52,634 bases of DNA from a candidate division WOR-3 bacterium (lineage in GTDB: Bacteria > Hydrothermota > Tepidihabitantia > Tepidihabitantales > CAIPLT01). The notes below the pieces were generated by a model, which saw only the letters and a program-made list of their open reading frames with translations, did not search any database and was not told the DNA's origin. Of the stretch, positions 1-10,976 are shown in pieces (the first letter of the stretch is position 1; each line of letters opens with the position of its first letter). The DNA is taken from contig JBDRUR010000002.1 in assembly GCA_039801485.1 (NCBI GenBank), forward strand, positions 1-52,634. Direction: 5' to 3'. Made by a program: the position numbers and the translations under genes.

Positions 1-2
1 CA

Positions 3-2657
3 TTAAATTTGGGAATAGCCAATATTTATGACGAAATTGCTCCTGGTCGATTATTGGTGCAATTCAAACCTGAATATCGAGATGCGATTAACATCGAATT
101 TGTCGACGGCAAACCAATTACACCATTTCCAGTAGTGAACCAACTAAATGAAAAATGGCGAGTCTATCAATTTGAAAAATTAAACAAAGAACCTAATCCG
201 ACCGAACTGGCAAAGCAGTTTGGTATGGACTTAATATATTTACTACTCTTTCCTGAGACATACGATGTTCTGTCAATTAAAGAAGAATATTATCAGACTG
301 GTTTTTTTGAATATGTTGAACCTGATTTAATAAGGAAAGCTGACGTTGTCCCAAGAGATCCTGATTTAATTCCTAATGACCCGTTATTTAGTGGCCAGTG
401 GCATTTAACAAAAATCAAATGTCCGACAGCCTGGGACAGTTTTCACGGCGATAGTTCGGTTACTGCGTTAATTATTGATTGCGGTGTTGATTATTTACAT
501 GAAGATTTGACCTGGACTTATGCGGTAAATCCGGCCGAAGATATCAATCATAATGGACGTTTTGACCCGACACCGGCATCTTCTGGTGGCGATTTAGATG
601 GCATTGACCAGGATTACAATGGTTATGCCGATGATGTTATTGGTTATAATTTCTTAAATGGTAATGCCAATCCATTTCCACCAGCTGGCGACGACCATGG
701 TACTGAGTGCGTCGGTGTTTTTTGTGCTCATACCAATAATGGCGCCGGTGTTGCCGGTATAACTTGGGGTTGTCGCTATGTAATTGCTCGAGTTGGCACT
801 GGTGGCAGTATTTACACTTCTTATGCTATCCAGGCTTTGAATTATGCGGTAAGTCGTAATGTCTGGGCAATAAATATGTCTTACGGTGGCAGTTATTATA
901 ATTCATTGGAGAATAATGCAATCCAATATTGTTGGTCGGCGGGTATTGTGCTTGCTGCTTCGGCTGGCAATCAATTTTCAAATTTTCAACCTCGCTATCC
1001 GGCTTGTTATCCCAATGTGATTGCGGTTGCTGCTTCTGATGCACAAGACTTGCGTTCCAATTGGGGTGGCGGTTATGAATCTAATTATGCGCCTTGGGTT
1101 GATGTTACCGCACCCGGCACCCAAGTACTTACAACCGATATTTTTACTAATGCCTATGGTGCCTTTGATGGCACATCATTTTCAGCGCCTTGTGTTGTCG
1201 GTGAAGCGCTGCTACTTAAGTCGGTCTATCCTTCAATGACCAATGCTCAGTGCACAACCCGTATCTTTCAGTCATGCGATTCAATGCCTGACCCTCAATA
1301 CGTTGCCGGCAATTTAGGTCGTGGACGCATTAATGTTGCCAAGGCAGTTTTGCAACCAATTCGCTGTAATCTAAGAACAGTTAGTTTTCGTTTAAATGAT
1401 GGCAATAATAATTATCCGCAACCTGGTGAATATATTGCCTTGATTACAACAATGACCAATGAAATTAACTATCAACCAGCAACCAACGTTTCAGCAACAT
1501 TAACTTGTTCTGACCCAGCAATTGTCATTACCAAAAACACCGCAACATTTCCCACAATTAATCCGGGTGGTTCAGCAAATTGTTCTGCTGATTCTTTCGT
1601 TTTTACGGTTGTGCCCAATGCGATTCCTCATCGCGTCCGTTTTGAGATTACAATCAATGCAACACCACCATCAATTCGAACTGCCGACACAATCTATATG
1701 AATGTCTGTTTACCACGAATTTTATTGGTTGATGATGACAATGGTGCTGACTATGAACGCTGGTATAAACAGGCAATTGATTCTTTAAAAACAATTTATG
1801 CCGTCTGGACAGTGGCAACTGCTGGTTCACCACCACTTGATACTTTATTACAATATCCGGTGGTTGTTTGGTTTACTGGTCTTGATAGTTTAAACACTTT
1901 AACATCAACTGACCAAACAAACTTAACCAGTTATCTCAATCAAGGGAAGAACTTATTTATCTGTGGTCAAAATATTGGTCAAAACATTGGCACGACACCG
2001 TTCTATTCTAATTATCTTCATGCCGAATATGTTGTTTCTCATACCGGAACATTATATTCAGTTGGCATTCCTAATGACCCGATTGGAGGCGTTAATGGCG
2101 ATACAATTGTCACTGGCGGTGCTGGCGGCGCAAGTAATGCAACATCTTGTGATGGTATTCGGCCAATTAGTGGAGCTTATCCTTGTTTTCGTTATCGCAA
2201 TTATCCAGACACCACCGTCTATGGTGTTATTCGCTATAACGGTACTTACAAAGTAGTCTATTTTGGTTTGCCATTTGAAGCAATTGACCACACCGTTGGT
2301 CGTTATATTCAGAAATGGGATGTGATGCGACGCATCTTAGAGTATTTCAATGAACCGTTACCCGGAGTTGAACAAGAAATTACTGATTTAAAATTTACAT
2401 CAGACAAATTGCAAATCTATCCTAATCCATTTATCAATCAAACCAATATCAGATTACTTTTGCCAGCAATTAAAGGTTCAAAATTAAATATCTATAATGC
2501 CACTGGGACCGTTGTTAAGACAATGTCGGTTGATTCGCCACTGATTATTTGGGACGGTACTAATCAAGAAGGCAAAAAATTAACAAACGGCGTCTATTTT
2601 GTAGAACTGAAGACTCCGAATGGTAGTTTAACTAAAAAGGCGCTAATCTTAAGATAA
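3..2657 (+). CDS. Subtilisin-like (S8) serine protease with T9SS C-terminal sorting domain; 5' end probably outside window
   Basis: The frame is open to the window edge and there is no signal peptide. S8 triad motifs DCGVDY / HGTECVG / GTSFSAP are present. The last ~80 aa (LQIYPNPF...GVYFVELK) fit the Por/T9SS C-terminal domain pattern. Confidence 0.85.
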   Translation, partial: LNLGIANIYDEIAPGRLLVQFKPEYRDAINIEFVDGKPITPFPVVNQLNEKWRVYQFEKLNKEPNPTELAKQFGMDLIYLLLFPETYDVLSIKEEYYQTGFFEYVEPDLIRKADVVPRDPDLIPNDPLFSGQWHLTKIKCPTAWDSFHGDSSVTALIIDCGVDYLHEDLTWTYAVNPAEDINHNGRFDPTPASSGGDLDGIDQDYNGYADDVIGYNFLNGNANPFPPAGDDHGTECVGVFCAHTNNGAGVAGITWGCRYVIARVGTGGSIYTSYAIQALNYAVSRNVWAINMSYGGSYYNSLENNAIQYCWSAGIVLAASAGNQFSNFQPRYPACYPNVIAVAASDAQDLRSNWGGGYESNYAPWVDVTAPGTQVLTTDIFTNAYGAFDGTSFSAPCVVGEALLLKSVYPSMTNAQCTTRIFQSCDSMPDPQYVAGNLGRGRINVAKAVLQPIRCNLRTVSFRLNDGNNNYPQPGEYIALITTMTNEINYQPATNVSATLTCSDPAIVITKNTATFPTINPGGSANCSADSFVFTVVPNAIPHRVRFEITINATPPSIRTADTIYMNVCLPRILLVDDDNGADYERWYKQAIDSLKTIYAVWTVATAGSPPLDTLLQYPVVVWFTGLDSLNTLTSTDQTNLTSYLNQGKNLFICGQNIGQNIGTTPFYSNYLHAEYVVSHTGTLYSVGIPNDPIGGVNGDTIVTGGAGGASNATSCDGIRPISGAYPCFRYRNYPDTTVYGVIRYNGTYKVVYFGLPFEAIDHTVGRYIQKWDVMRRILEYFNEPLPGVEQEITDLKFTSDKLQIYPNPFINQTNIRLLLPAIKGSKLNIYNATGTVVKTMSVDSPLIIWDGTNQEGKKLTNGVYFVELKTPNGSLTKKALILR

Positions 2658-2965
2658 TAAATAGACAAACACAACATATTAGACGTTATTAAAGACTTTT
2701 TACCTGTACGAGAATAAAAACATTTTGGGAATTTGTTTTTAGTAGTTATCAATAACCTTAGCAAAATCAACACAGGGATGCTAACTTGCATTGTTATCCA
2801 TTTTACAAATCGCTCGGATGAATTATTCATAGGATTTTCAGTAAGATAGCCGATAAAATTGCTCAATAGGTTGCTGATAGAGCCATTTTAATACCCGGAT
2901 ATTTCATACTTGCCGCCCAAATTAAGAAGTATTGGGGGGAAAATTATTATATCCAACTAAGCAAT

Positions 2966-3841
2966 TTATCTTAGCAAGGTTATTTTTTGGGTAAATCGTT
3001 GGTCAGGTGTTGTCAGCATAACAAAATACATACCTTTGGCAACTTTTTCGTTATTATCGTCTCGGCAGTTCCAAACAATATCTTTCATACCTGCCGGCAT
3101 CACTTCATCAACTAAAGTTCTAATTTGCTTTCCTTCCGCATCATAGATTTTAACCGTTACTTTTGTTAGTTCGGCATTGGAAAATAGAATGTGTGTTATG
3201 CCATTAATTATCGGATTGGGCTTTGGTGGATAAAGCATAGTTAACACAGGCATCTTATTTAAATTAGTCTCTTCTATTCCGACGGGTGTTATTACTAACC
3301 TGAGATTACAACGCGAATAAGTTTGGTTTAAATAGATTGGTTGACTATTATCACTCGATGCATATCTTGTTAAATATCTTGCGGTGTTTGAATATCGCCA
3401 ATATCCAGGGGAGGAATGCCATTGCTGATAGGTTTTAAGAATGAGAATCGCGAGATTACTATTATTATCATAATAAAAGGGTTGAGATAACTCGACATTC
3501 ATCCAACAGGCATTGTTGTAGTTGGGAAATGTGCCTTGATAAACTTGAGTGTAACCATTCAATGAGTATGGACCGGACAGCAATGTTGTATCAGTTGTTT
3601 GTTTCATATAAATTATCACATCAGGGTCAATAGCAGTATTACCGTGCGATTTATAAAAACCAAGATGGGTGACAAGCCCGGCGATATCGATCTCGGATTG
3701 ACGATAGATTGCTTCATAAGTGTTGAAATTATATAAGAGCGCAAAGGGTTGTTGCCAAGGGGTTGAATCAGTTCCAATAATCACTTCGATTGGCTGTGCC
3801 CACGCAATTAAAAATACCCAACATCCAATTAAATACTTCAT
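2966..3841 (-). CDS. Secreted protein of unknown function with T9SS C-terminal sorting domain
   Basis: N-terminus is signal-peptide-like (MKYLIGCWVFLIAWA). The C-terminal ~80 aa (LYPPKPNPI...GMYFVMLTT...LLR) fit the T9SS C-terminal domain pattern. An AGGAGG Shine-Dalgarno (SD) lies just upstream of the ATG. Confidence 0.6.
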   Translation of the reverse strand: MKYLIGCWVFLIAWAQPIEVIIGTDSTPWQQPFALLYNFNTYEAIYRQSEIDIAGLVTHLGFYKSHGNTAIDPDVIIYMKQTTDTTLLSGPYSLNGYTQVYQGTFPNYNNACWMNVELSQPFYYDNNSNLAILILKTYQQWHSSPGYWRYSNTARYLTRYASSDNSQPIYLNQTYSRCNLRLVITPVGIEETNLNKMPVLTMLYPPKPNPIINGITHILFSNAELTKVTVKIYDAEGKQIRTLVDEVMPAGMKDIVWNCRDDNNEKVAKGMYFVMLTTPDQRFTQKITLLR

Positions 3842-3863
3842 AATCCCTCCTACTAGTTATAGT

Positions 3864-3891
3864 ATTTTACAGATATATTTTATCGTGTCAA
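3864..3891 (-). promoter_or_regulatory. Sigma70-type promoter for the T9SS cargo gene
   Basis: On the minus strand: TTGACA (3886-3891), 16-nt spacer, TAAAAT (3864-3869), then a leader with an AGGAGG SD. Confidence 0.45.
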
Positions 3892-4011
3892 GATGTTTGT
3901 ATTTTTTAAGTGCGATTTACCAAGTATTTTATCTTCTTAAACCTCATATCCTAGAGTTTTGGGAAATATTAACGATTTTGAGAAATAGGGATTGTTTGTT
4001 AACGGGACTGA

Positions 4012-5268
4012 TTAAGTTCCAAATTGCCAAGAAGAAATATATCTTTGCTGTGCCGGTGTTAATTTATCAATGGTCACGCCCATTGATTTTAACTTTAATC
4101 GAGCAATTTCTAGGTCAAGTTCTTCAGGTAATTTGTAAACCTTTTTTTCCAGCAATTTACCCTTTTTGACTAAATATTCAACCGCTAATGCTTGGTTGGC
4201 AAATGACATATCCATTACCATTGCCGGATGACCTTCAGCCGATGCTAAATTAACCAACCGGCCTTCACCTAACAGATAAATCTTTTTGCCATTTTGCAGT
4301 TCATATTCTTCACAAAAATGGCGGACCAGTCTTTTACGTTTAGTGATCTTTGCCAAATCATTTTTATTAATTTCAACATCAAAATGTCCAGAGTTACAAA
4401 TAATTGCTCCGTCCTTCATTTTCAGAAAATGTTTCTTGACAATTACATTTTCACATCCAGTAACGGTTACAAACAAATCGGCAATTGGACAGATATCTTC
4501 TAATCTTGCTACTTGAAACCCATCCATCTTTGCCTCTAATGCTTTAATCGGGTTGACTTCGGTTACAATTACATTTGCGCCCAAGCCCTTAGCTTTACTA
4601 GCCACACCTTTACCGCACCAACCATAACCACAAACAACCACAGTTGCGCCAGCAAACAAAAAATTCGTGCTGCGCAAAATACCATCAATGGTTGATTGAC
4701 CGGTGCCATAACGATTATCAAATAAGAATTTAGTTTGTGAGTCATTGACTGCAATTATTGGATATTTGAGAGCGCCGGCTCTCTCCATACTTTTTAATCT
4801 AATAACACCAGTGGTTGTTTCCTCGGTGCCGCCAATAACATCCTTTAGTAATTCTTTTTTTTGAGTATGTAATGTTGAAACTAAATCGGCACCGTCATCA
4901 ATTGTAATATCTGGTTTATGTTGAAGTGCTTGGTTTATATGTTGATAATAGGACTTGCGGTCCTCACCTTTAATGGCAAAGACTGATATTTTATAATCTT
5001 TAACAATACTTGCCGCAACATCGTCTTGGGTTGATAAGGGATTAGAAGCACACAATCGCACTTGGGCACCACCAGCTTTTAAGGTAATGCCCAAATTGGC
5101 GGTTTCAGAAGTAATATGTAGACAACCGGAAATTTTAATATTTTTCAATGGCTTTTCTTTTTCAAATCGTTGGCGAATTAATGTTAAAACTGGCATAAAC
5201 CGTGCTGCCCACTCAATTCGCAGCTTACCTTTTGAAGCTAATTTAATATCTCTGATATCAAATTCCAC
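4012..5268 (-). CDS. ahcY: S-adenosyl-L-homocysteine hydrolase
   Basis: 418-aa ORF that is AhcY-like throughout, including an NAD-binding GYGWCGKG motif. GTG start preceded by AAGGAGA. Lies immediately downstream of metK. Confidence 0.93.
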   Translation of the reverse strand: MEFDIRDIKLASKGKLRIEWAARFMPVLTLIRQRFEKEKPLKNIKISGCLHITSETANLGITLKAGGAQVRLCASNPLSTQDDVAASIVKDYKISVFAIKGEDRKSYYQHINQALQHKPDITIDDGADLVSTLHTQKKELLKDVIGGTEETTTGVIRLKSMERAGALKYPIIAVNDSQTKFLFDNRYGTGQSTIDGILRSTNFLFAGATVVVCGYGWCGKGVASKAKGLGANVIVTEVNPIKALEAKMDGFQVARLEDICPIADLFVTVTGCENVIVKKHFLKMKDGAIICNSGHFDVEINKNDLAKITKRKRLVRHFCEEYELQNGKKIYLLGEGRLVNLASAEGHPAMVMDMSFANQALAVEYLVKKGKLLEKKVYKLPEELDLEIARLKLKSMGVTIDKLTPAQQRYISSWQFGT

Positions 5269-5288
5269 GATCTCTCCTTGGTGTTTTA

Positions 5289-6479
5289 CTAAAAGTTTAG
5301 TGCCTTTCTAATTATTGGAACACTATCTAATTTTTCCCAAGTAAAACTGCCTAATTTTGATTTATCCTCACGTCCGAAATGACCATAACATGCCGTTGGT
5401 AGATAGATTGGTCTACGCAAGTCGAGTTTCCTTATCATTCCAGCTGGGGTGAAATCAAATATTTCTTTAATCACACTTAAGATTTTATCCTCAGCGATTT
5501 TAGCTGTGCCAAAGGTGTTAAGGCTAATATGCGTTGGGTCGGGACGGCCAATAACATAAGCAAGACTGATTTCCATTTTATCACAGATTCCTGCGGCTAC
5601 ACAATTTTTAGCAACATAACGAGCAAAATACGATGCAGTGCGGTCGACTTTAGTTGGGTCCTTACCTGAAAATGCACCGCCACCGTGTCGAACAATGCCG
5701 CCATAAGTGTCAACGATAATTTTTCGACCGGTCATCCCAGTATCAGACTGAGGTCCGCCAATAACAAATTTACCGGTTTCGTTAACAAAATATTTGGTAT
5801 TTTTATCAAGCATCTCTGCGGGCATTACGGGTTTGATAACTTGCTCAATAATTTCCTGTCTTGCTTTTTGCGTAATTCTTTTTCCAGTTCGATCAAGAAT
5901 ATCTTCGGTATGTTGAGCGGCAATAACCACACTAGAAATACGAACCGGTTTACCATTTTCATATTGAACAGTAACTTGTGACTTGCCATCTGGGCCCAGG
6001 TATTCTAATATTCTCTTTTTACGAACTTCAGCCAGCCTTTGGCACAAACGGTGGGCGAGTATAATTGGTAACGGCATATATTCTTTCGTTTCATTGCAGG
6101 CATAACCAATCATCAATCCCTGGTCACCGGCACCGCCAATATCAACCCCTTGGGCAATATCCGGCGATTGTTTACCGATAATATTTATAATTGCACAATT
6201 CTCGGCACTCAATCCGTATTTAGTATCAGTATAGCCGATTTCGAACAGTAATTTTCTAACCAAACTTTGTAAGTCAACCCAGGCAGTCGTGGTGATTTCG
6301 CCGCCAACAATCACTAAACCAACTGAAACAAAAACTTCACAAGCAACTCGCCCATATCTGTCCTGTCGTAAAACATCATCCAGAACCGCATCGGAAATCT
6401 GGTCACACAATTTATCTGGATGACCTTCAGTAACTGACTCGGATGTAAAAAAAGTTTTCAATTGATTTTCTTTTAGCAT
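5289..6479 (-). CDS. metK: S-adenosylmethionine synthetase
   Basis: 396-aa ORF with hallmark MetK motifs ([25 protein letters not shown]). Confidence 0.96.
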   Translation of the reverse strand: MLKENQLKTFFTSESVTEGHPDKLCDQISDAVLDDVLRQDRYGRVACEVFVSVGLVIVGGEITTTAWVDLQSLVRKLLFEIGYTDTKYGLSAENCAIINIIGKQSPDIAQGVDIGGAGDQGLMIGYACNETKEYMPLPIILAHRLCQRLAEVRKKRILEYLGPDGKSQVTVQYENGKPVRISSVVIAAQHTEDILDRTGKRITQKARQEIIEQVIKPVMPAEMLDKNTKYFVNETGKFVIGGPQSDTGMTGRKIIVDTYGGIVRHGGGAFSGKDPTKVDRTASYFARYVAKNCVAAGICDKMEISLAYVIGRPDPTHISLNTFGTAKIAEDKILSVIKEIFDFTPAGMIRKLDLRRPIYLPTACYGHFGREDKSKLGSFTWEKLDSVPIIRKALNF

Positions 6480-6488
6480 AATTGTTAA

Positions 6489-6517
6489 CCATAACCGAAA
6501 ATATAGTTTTTGTCAAT
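6489..6517 (-). promoter_or_regulatory. Sigma70-type promoter of metK-ahcY, near-leaderless
   Basis: On the minus strand: TTGACA (6512-6517), 17 nt, TATGGT (6489-6494), then only 9 nt to the metK ATG. No SD. Confidence 0.5.
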
Positions 6518-6558
6518 AATTAACTAATGAAATTTTATCTGTTTTTTTCATGATAAAT

Positions 6559-7494
6559 TTAATTTTCGATTAGTTTTTTGCCCCAATCCGAGACCACTCG
6601 CATTTCTTCAGCAATAATAATACCGTGAATTTTGAGCCCTTGGTAATTTTCCAGAAATATCTTTTTGCCAATCAAATCGTTAAATCCCCAAATATCGGTT
6701 TCAATTTGTAGGTATTTATTTAGAACTAAACGACCGTCAAAGATTACATCGAATCCGTAGGTTTTTAATTCTTTTAGTAAGTTTGATTTATCCTCGGAAA
6801 CGAGTTCTTGTCCAGATAGCTGATTTGCTGAAAGTAGAAAATGGCAATGGGCAAAATTGGTGATCCGCTTGTAATCAATTTCCGGTAATACTATTATCAC
6901 ACCATCTAAATTTTGCGGACTCCAAATTAATTTTTCAAGCTTTGATTTTACCCACATTGGATTCTTTTGACAAACTTCGGCTATCTGCTCAACATCAGCC
7001 AACGGGTTTGTCCAAAATATCTTTAGTAATTGTTTTTCTTCAGAGGAAAAAATCCTAGTTAATGGGTAGCTGTAATTTGCAATCCGATATGCCGAGAAAT
7101 AAGACACGCCAACAGTTTCTTTAATAAATTTAACTTCAGAATCAAAGTCTTTGGAATAAAATATTATTGAGAAATTGTGTCCGAGGTTAGAAGGGATATT
7201 GGTACAAAACCAAATTTCTGAAATAAACGGTATCTTCTGACATATTGTTTTAATAATTTTTTCTCTTTCATCACCATTAATTAGCACACAGCCCCAGACC
7301 CATTCACCACCTAAAAATGGGGGGATAAAAATCGTCGGTTGATATCTTAAAATCACTTGTTCGCTTTCCAATTTTTTTATCCGGGCTCGAATGCTATCAA
7401 GTGGTAATTTTAATTGTTCTGGTAATGTATTGAACCACAGTCCGGTTTTTTCTAAATGTCTTATGATTGCTAAATCGATTTTATCAATTACCAT
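6559..7494 (-). CDS. Hypothetical protein, tandem duplication of an AsnC/Lrp-like winged-helix module
   Basis: The N-terminus DLAIIRHLEKTG...LDSIRARIKKLESEQVILRY resembles an HTH_AsnC domain. A second similar module starts near residue 150 (EEKQLLKIFW...VEQIAEVC...KSKLEKLI). Confidence 0.4.
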   Translation of the reverse strand: MVIDKIDLAIIRHLEKTGLWFNTLPEQLKLPLDSIRARIKKLESEQVILRYQPTIFIPPFLGGEWVWGCVLINGDEREKIIKTICQKIPFISEIWFCTNIPSNLGHNFSIIFYSKDFDSEVKFIKETVGVSYFSAYRIANYSYPLTRIFSSEEKQLLKIFWTNPLADVEQIAEVCQKNPMWVKSKLEKLIWSPQNLDGVIIVLPEIDYKRITNFAHCHFLLSANQLSGQELVSEDKSNLLKELKTYGFDVIFDGRLVLNKYLQIETDIWGFNDLIGKKIFLENYQGLKIHGIIIAEEMRVVSDWGKKLIEN

Positions 7495-7520
7495 TTAGAA
7501 TTCCACTTCACTTAAAAATT

Positions 7521-8867
7521 TTAATAAGCACCGTGTTTACTAATTACCACCGGGATTGTCTTAAATAACATCTTTAAATCATTTTTTAAGCTCCAAGTGC
7601 GAACATAATGAGTATCGAGTTTTATTCGTTGTTCATAACTCGTTTCAGTTCGACCTGAGGTTTGCCATAAACCGGTCATCCCTGGTAATACCCGAAATAG
7701 ATCCAAAGAATATTTTTGGTAGTTTAAAACTTCAGCTTCAACAATTGGTCTTGGGCCAACTAAACTCATCTCGCCTCTAATGACATTAAAAATCTGAGGT
7801 AGTTCATCTAAGCTAAGTTTTCGAATAATTTTGCCGGTTTTCGTAACTCTTGGGTCATTTTTTAGTTTAAAGGTTTTTTCAAACTCGTCCTTTAACTTTG
7901 GGTCGGATTGTAAAATTGCCTGCAAGCGTTTATCAGCATCTTGATACATTGTCCGCAGTTTTAATAAATTGAATGGCTTCATATTCTTACCCAATCGGTG
8001 ATGGCGATAAAAAACTGGACCAGAGCTATCGAGTTTAATACATAACACCATAAATAAAAATAAAGGCGCAATCAAAATAAGCACGATTAAGCAAACAACA
8101 ATATCAATTATTCGCTTCAAGCGATAGCCAATACCCGATTGATACCGATTCTGAATACCAAACCGCGGATAATCTAATTCGCTAATATCTAATCCACACA
8201 AACAATCCGAAGCTTTAAATGACCGAATGCTAATAAAGTCAACAAAGAATTGTTCTATCCAATGCTTGAGATGTGATGTAGGAACGGGATTGGTCATATC
8301 GACTAAGATTAAATTAGCGTTATTTAGCCGACCAAAACTGTCGGCATTCCTTTGTAACCATTCTGCTGCTTCGTCTTTCGGAATTTTTTTGCTTACCTTG
8401 AATCCGAGGCATCGTACATTATTTTCAGTTTGCTCTTTGTCGGAAATCAAAACTATTGAGATTGGTAATAACCGGCGCAAAGCTAAACCAATTATTGGTG
8501 CAAGTAAGTTTAAAAATAACCAAATTGCTAAATAGACTTTAATATCAAAAACCCAGTTAAGTTTAATTAAAAATAGTATAATTATCTGCGAGATAATTGT
8601 TGCAACAAAAATAATTTGGGTTTTGATATTAAAACCATAGTAACCACCTGCTTTTGGGTTAAATACACCGAAGATGTAACTAAAAAATATCAGTAAAAGC
8701 CATAAGATGAAATAATTAGACATAAATTGCCAACGACTTAGCCTATGAAATGCTGAGTTCGATGAATAAGGAAGTAATCCGATTAAAATCAAAAATATTA
8801 ATGGGATAAATATTTCCAATAATACCAGGTAATTACAATTTTTATCTGACTTATCTGCTATTTCCAT
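7521..8867 (-). CDS. Polyprenyl-phosphate sugar phosphotransferase (bacterial sugar transferase family, WbaP-like)
   Basis: Multi-TM N-terminal half. The C-terminal domain carries PVFYRHHRLG...LDELPQ...GEMSLVGPRP...PGMTGLWQ motifs. Confidence 0.85.
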   Translation of the reverse strand: MEIADKSDKNCNYLVLLEIFIPLIFLILIGLLPYSSNSAFHRLSRWQFMSNYFILWLLLIFFSYIFGVFNPKAGGYYGFNIKTQIIFVATIISQIIILFLIKLNWVFDIKVYLAIWLFLNLLAPIIGLALRRLLPISIVLISDKEQTENNVRCLGFKVSKKIPKDEAAEWLQRNADSFGRLNNANLILVDMTNPVPTSHLKHWIEQFFVDFISIRSFKASDCLCGLDISELDYPRFGIQNRYQSGIGYRLKRIIDIVVCLIVLILIAPLFLFMVLCIKLDSSGPVFYRHHRLGKNMKPFNLLKLRTMYQDADKRLQAILQSDPKLKDEFEKTFKLKNDPRVTKTGKIIRKLSLDELPQIFNVIRGEMSLVGPRPIVEAEVLNYQKYSLDLFRVLPGMTGLWQTSGRTETSYEQRIKLDTHYVRTWSLKNDLKMLFKTIPVVISKHGAY

Positions 8868-8883
8868 TAAATAAATATCAGCT

Positions 8884-9822
8884 TTAACTAATCGATGATT
8901 GCTTGCTCATATTACTCTTTTGTTGGAGTAATTGCCACTCAAAATCTACAGTCTTTTGAATCTGTTCAATTTCTTTCTGGGTGAGATGAGCAAATCGGCC
9001 TTGAAGTTTTAAATACTCATAAACCGGTACTGTTTTTTGAGGAATGATATTTATTTTGTATTTGACCCCATTTTCACATTCATAGATTGGGAAAATGTTG
9101 GATTCGACCGCCAAACGACAGATTTTTATCATTAGGTCCGGTGCCATCTTCCATCCGGTTGGACAGGGTGCAAAAATGTGGATAAATTTTGTGCCTTTGA
9201 GTTCTTTTGCTTTTTTAAACTTGTTAATTAAATCCTCAGGATAGGCTAAAGTGGCAGTGGCACAATAGGGTATTCGGTGCGCAATCATTATTTCGGTAAT
9301 GTTCTTTTTCGGTTCTGACTTGGGATTTTTTTCTGGAGTAGTTGTTGTCCAGGCGCCCAGCGGGGTTGCGGAAGAACGTTGAATTCCGGTGTTCATATAT
9401 GCTTCATTGTCATAACAGGTATAAATAATATCATCATTTCTTTCAGCCGCACCGGATAGTGCTTGAATGCCAATATCCAAAGTACCGCCGTCACCAGCCC
9501 AAGCCATCACCGTAACATCTTTTTTACCTTGGATATCGAGACCGGCTTTTACCCCGGCGGCGGCAATTGCTGCGGTTTCAAATGCGGTGTGTAATACTGG
9601 TACATGTAATGAATGCATTGGAAATGGACCGTCAATAATTGTCCAACAACATGCTGGGAGAACCACAATTGTTTTTTCGCCTAATGCTTTTAGTGCTAAA
9701 CGCATTGCTAAAGCACCGCCACAGCCTGGACAGGCAACATGTCCTGGAAACATATATTCCTGGTCAATGATATTAGCATATTTAGAAGATCGAATCGTCA
9801 TCGATGTTGTTTTTCTTTTCAT
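8884..9822 (-). CDS. porB: Pyruvate/2-oxoacid:ferredoxin oxidoreductase beta subunit (TPP-binding)
   Basis: Contains CPGCG and the GDGG...N TPP-binding pattern. An ATGA start/stop overlap links it to porA. Confidence 0.9.
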   Translation of the reverse strand: MKRKTTSMTIRSSKYANIIDQEYMFPGHVACPGCGGALAMRLALKALGEKTIVVLPACCWTIIDGPFPMHSLHVPVLHTAFETAAIAAAGVKAGLDIQGKKDVTVMAWAGDGGTLDIGIQALSGAAERNDDIIYTCYDNEAYMNTGIQRSSATPLGAWTTTTPEKNPKSEPKKNITEIMIAHRIPYCATATLAYPEDLINKFKKAKELKGTKFIHIFAPCPTGWKMAPDLMIKICRLAVESNIFPIYECENGVKYKINIIPQKTVPVYEYLKLQGRFAHLTQKEIEQIQKTVDFEWQLLQQKSNMSKQSSIS

Positions 9823-10973
9823 AATCTTACTCCTTGCCAGATAATATTTGTCGGTGGCGTATCGGTTTTAAAAGTATAATCAATAATGTTTCTGAGATCC
9901 GCCGGTGTAACATCACGGCCACCGAGGCCAATAATATAATTAAAAATTGGTGGTGCTCCAGCCATGCCATAAAGTGCTGATTTGATTTCCTGGGCAAAAA
10001 TACCCGAATGACCAAAGGAGATGTTTCGGTCAATTACCGCAATCTTTTGCGCCTTATATAAAATTGAACGGAGTTCATCAAATGGTGTTGGTCTAAATAA
10101 TTTAATTTTTAGTAATCCTACTTTTCGACCTTGTTCGCGCATCTCATCAATTACCGCTCGTGCTGTGCCGGTAATCGTACCTGAAGTAACAATTATGACT
10201 TTGGCGTCATCGCAACGGTAAGGTTCGATAACGCCATATTTTCGACCAAAGTGTTGATAAAATTCTAAATCAGTTTGTTTGACAACTTCTGCTGCTAATT
10301 CGTTGGCTTTGTGGATCTTGTATCTAATTTCGAAATAATGATCTGGATTAGTTAGAGCACCATATGACCTTGGGAAATTAACATCAAGTTTTGTTTTAAG
10401 TTCGAACGGCGGTAAAAAGGCATCAACTAGTGATTGCTCAGGAATATCAACCGCTTCAGAGGTATGAGATAAAACAAAGGCATCAAGTACAATCATTACT
10501 GGTAACAACACCTTTTCCGCAATCTTAAATGCTTGAATCGTTGTATCTAAGACTTCTTGATTTGACTCACAATATAGTTGTATCCATCCCAAATCTCTTT
10601 GGGATAAAGAATCGTTTTGGTCAGTCCATACTGACCAACCTGGTCCCATTGCCCGATTAATATTCGCCAGTACAACGGGTAAGCGAGCACCAGCTGCCCA
10701 ATGGAGCATTTCGTGCATTAACGCCAAGCCATGCGCTGAAGTAGCCGTAAAAGTTCTTACGCCAGTTGCTGCTGCTGAAATACAAGCCGCCATTGCTGAA
10801 TGTTCTGATTCTACTTTGATAAATTTTGCATTTAGTTTTCCCGAAGCACAAAACTCCGATAAAAGTTCGACGACTTGGGTCTGAGGTGTAATTGGGTAGG
10901 CAGCAATAACTTGTGCTCGGGCAAGTAGCGCACCATAACTAACTGCATGGTTACCGGTTATGACTTTTTTCAT
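9819..10973 (-). CDS. porA: Pyruvate/2-oxoacid:ferredoxin oxidoreductase alpha subunit
   Basis: 384-aa ORF that is PorA-like throughout. Sits between the delta-like fusion gene and porB. Confidence 0.9.
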   Translation of the reverse strand: MKKVITGNHAVSYGALLARAQVIAAYPITPQTQVVELLSEFCASGKLNAKFIKVESEHSAMAACISAAATGVRTFTATSAHGLALMHEMLHWAAGARLPVVLANINRAMGPGWSVWTDQNDSLSQRDLGWIQLYCESNQEVLDTTIQAFKIAEKVLLPVMIVLDAFVLSHTSEAVDIPEQSLVDAFLPPFELKTKLDVNFPRSYGALTNPDHYFEIRYKIHKANELAAEVVKQTDLEFYQHFGRKYGVIEPYRCDDAKVIIVTSGTITGTARAVIDEMREQGRKVGLLKIKLFRPTPFDELRSILYKAQKIAVIDRNISFGHSGIFAQEIKSALYGMAGAPPIFNYIIGLGGRDVTPADLRNIIDYTFKTDTPPTNIIWQGVRL

Positions 10974-10976
10974 AAA

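Noticed and set aside
2594-2866. 90-aa minus-strand ORF in the convergent gap after the S8 protease gene
   Set aside because: It overlaps the protease 3' end, and has no promoter or SD and no recognisable domain. It is probably spurious.
6480-6558. Possible SAM (S-box) riboswitch upstream of metK
   Set aside because: Only 79 nt separate metK from the next gene. That space is filled by a TTGACA-17-TATGGT promoter ending 9 nt before the ATG, so there is no room for a riboswitch aptamer and no S-box motifs.
9467-9844. Antisense or shadow ORFs inside real genes (for example 9467-9844, 11500-11805, 13682-14230, 18534-18812, 41407-41706, 48604-49108, 45346-45600)
   Set aside because: All lie opposite to, or out of frame with, long ORFs that have clear homology. 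They have low-complexity or Ser/Leu/Ile-rich translations, no start signals, and are expected by chance in AT-rich DNA.
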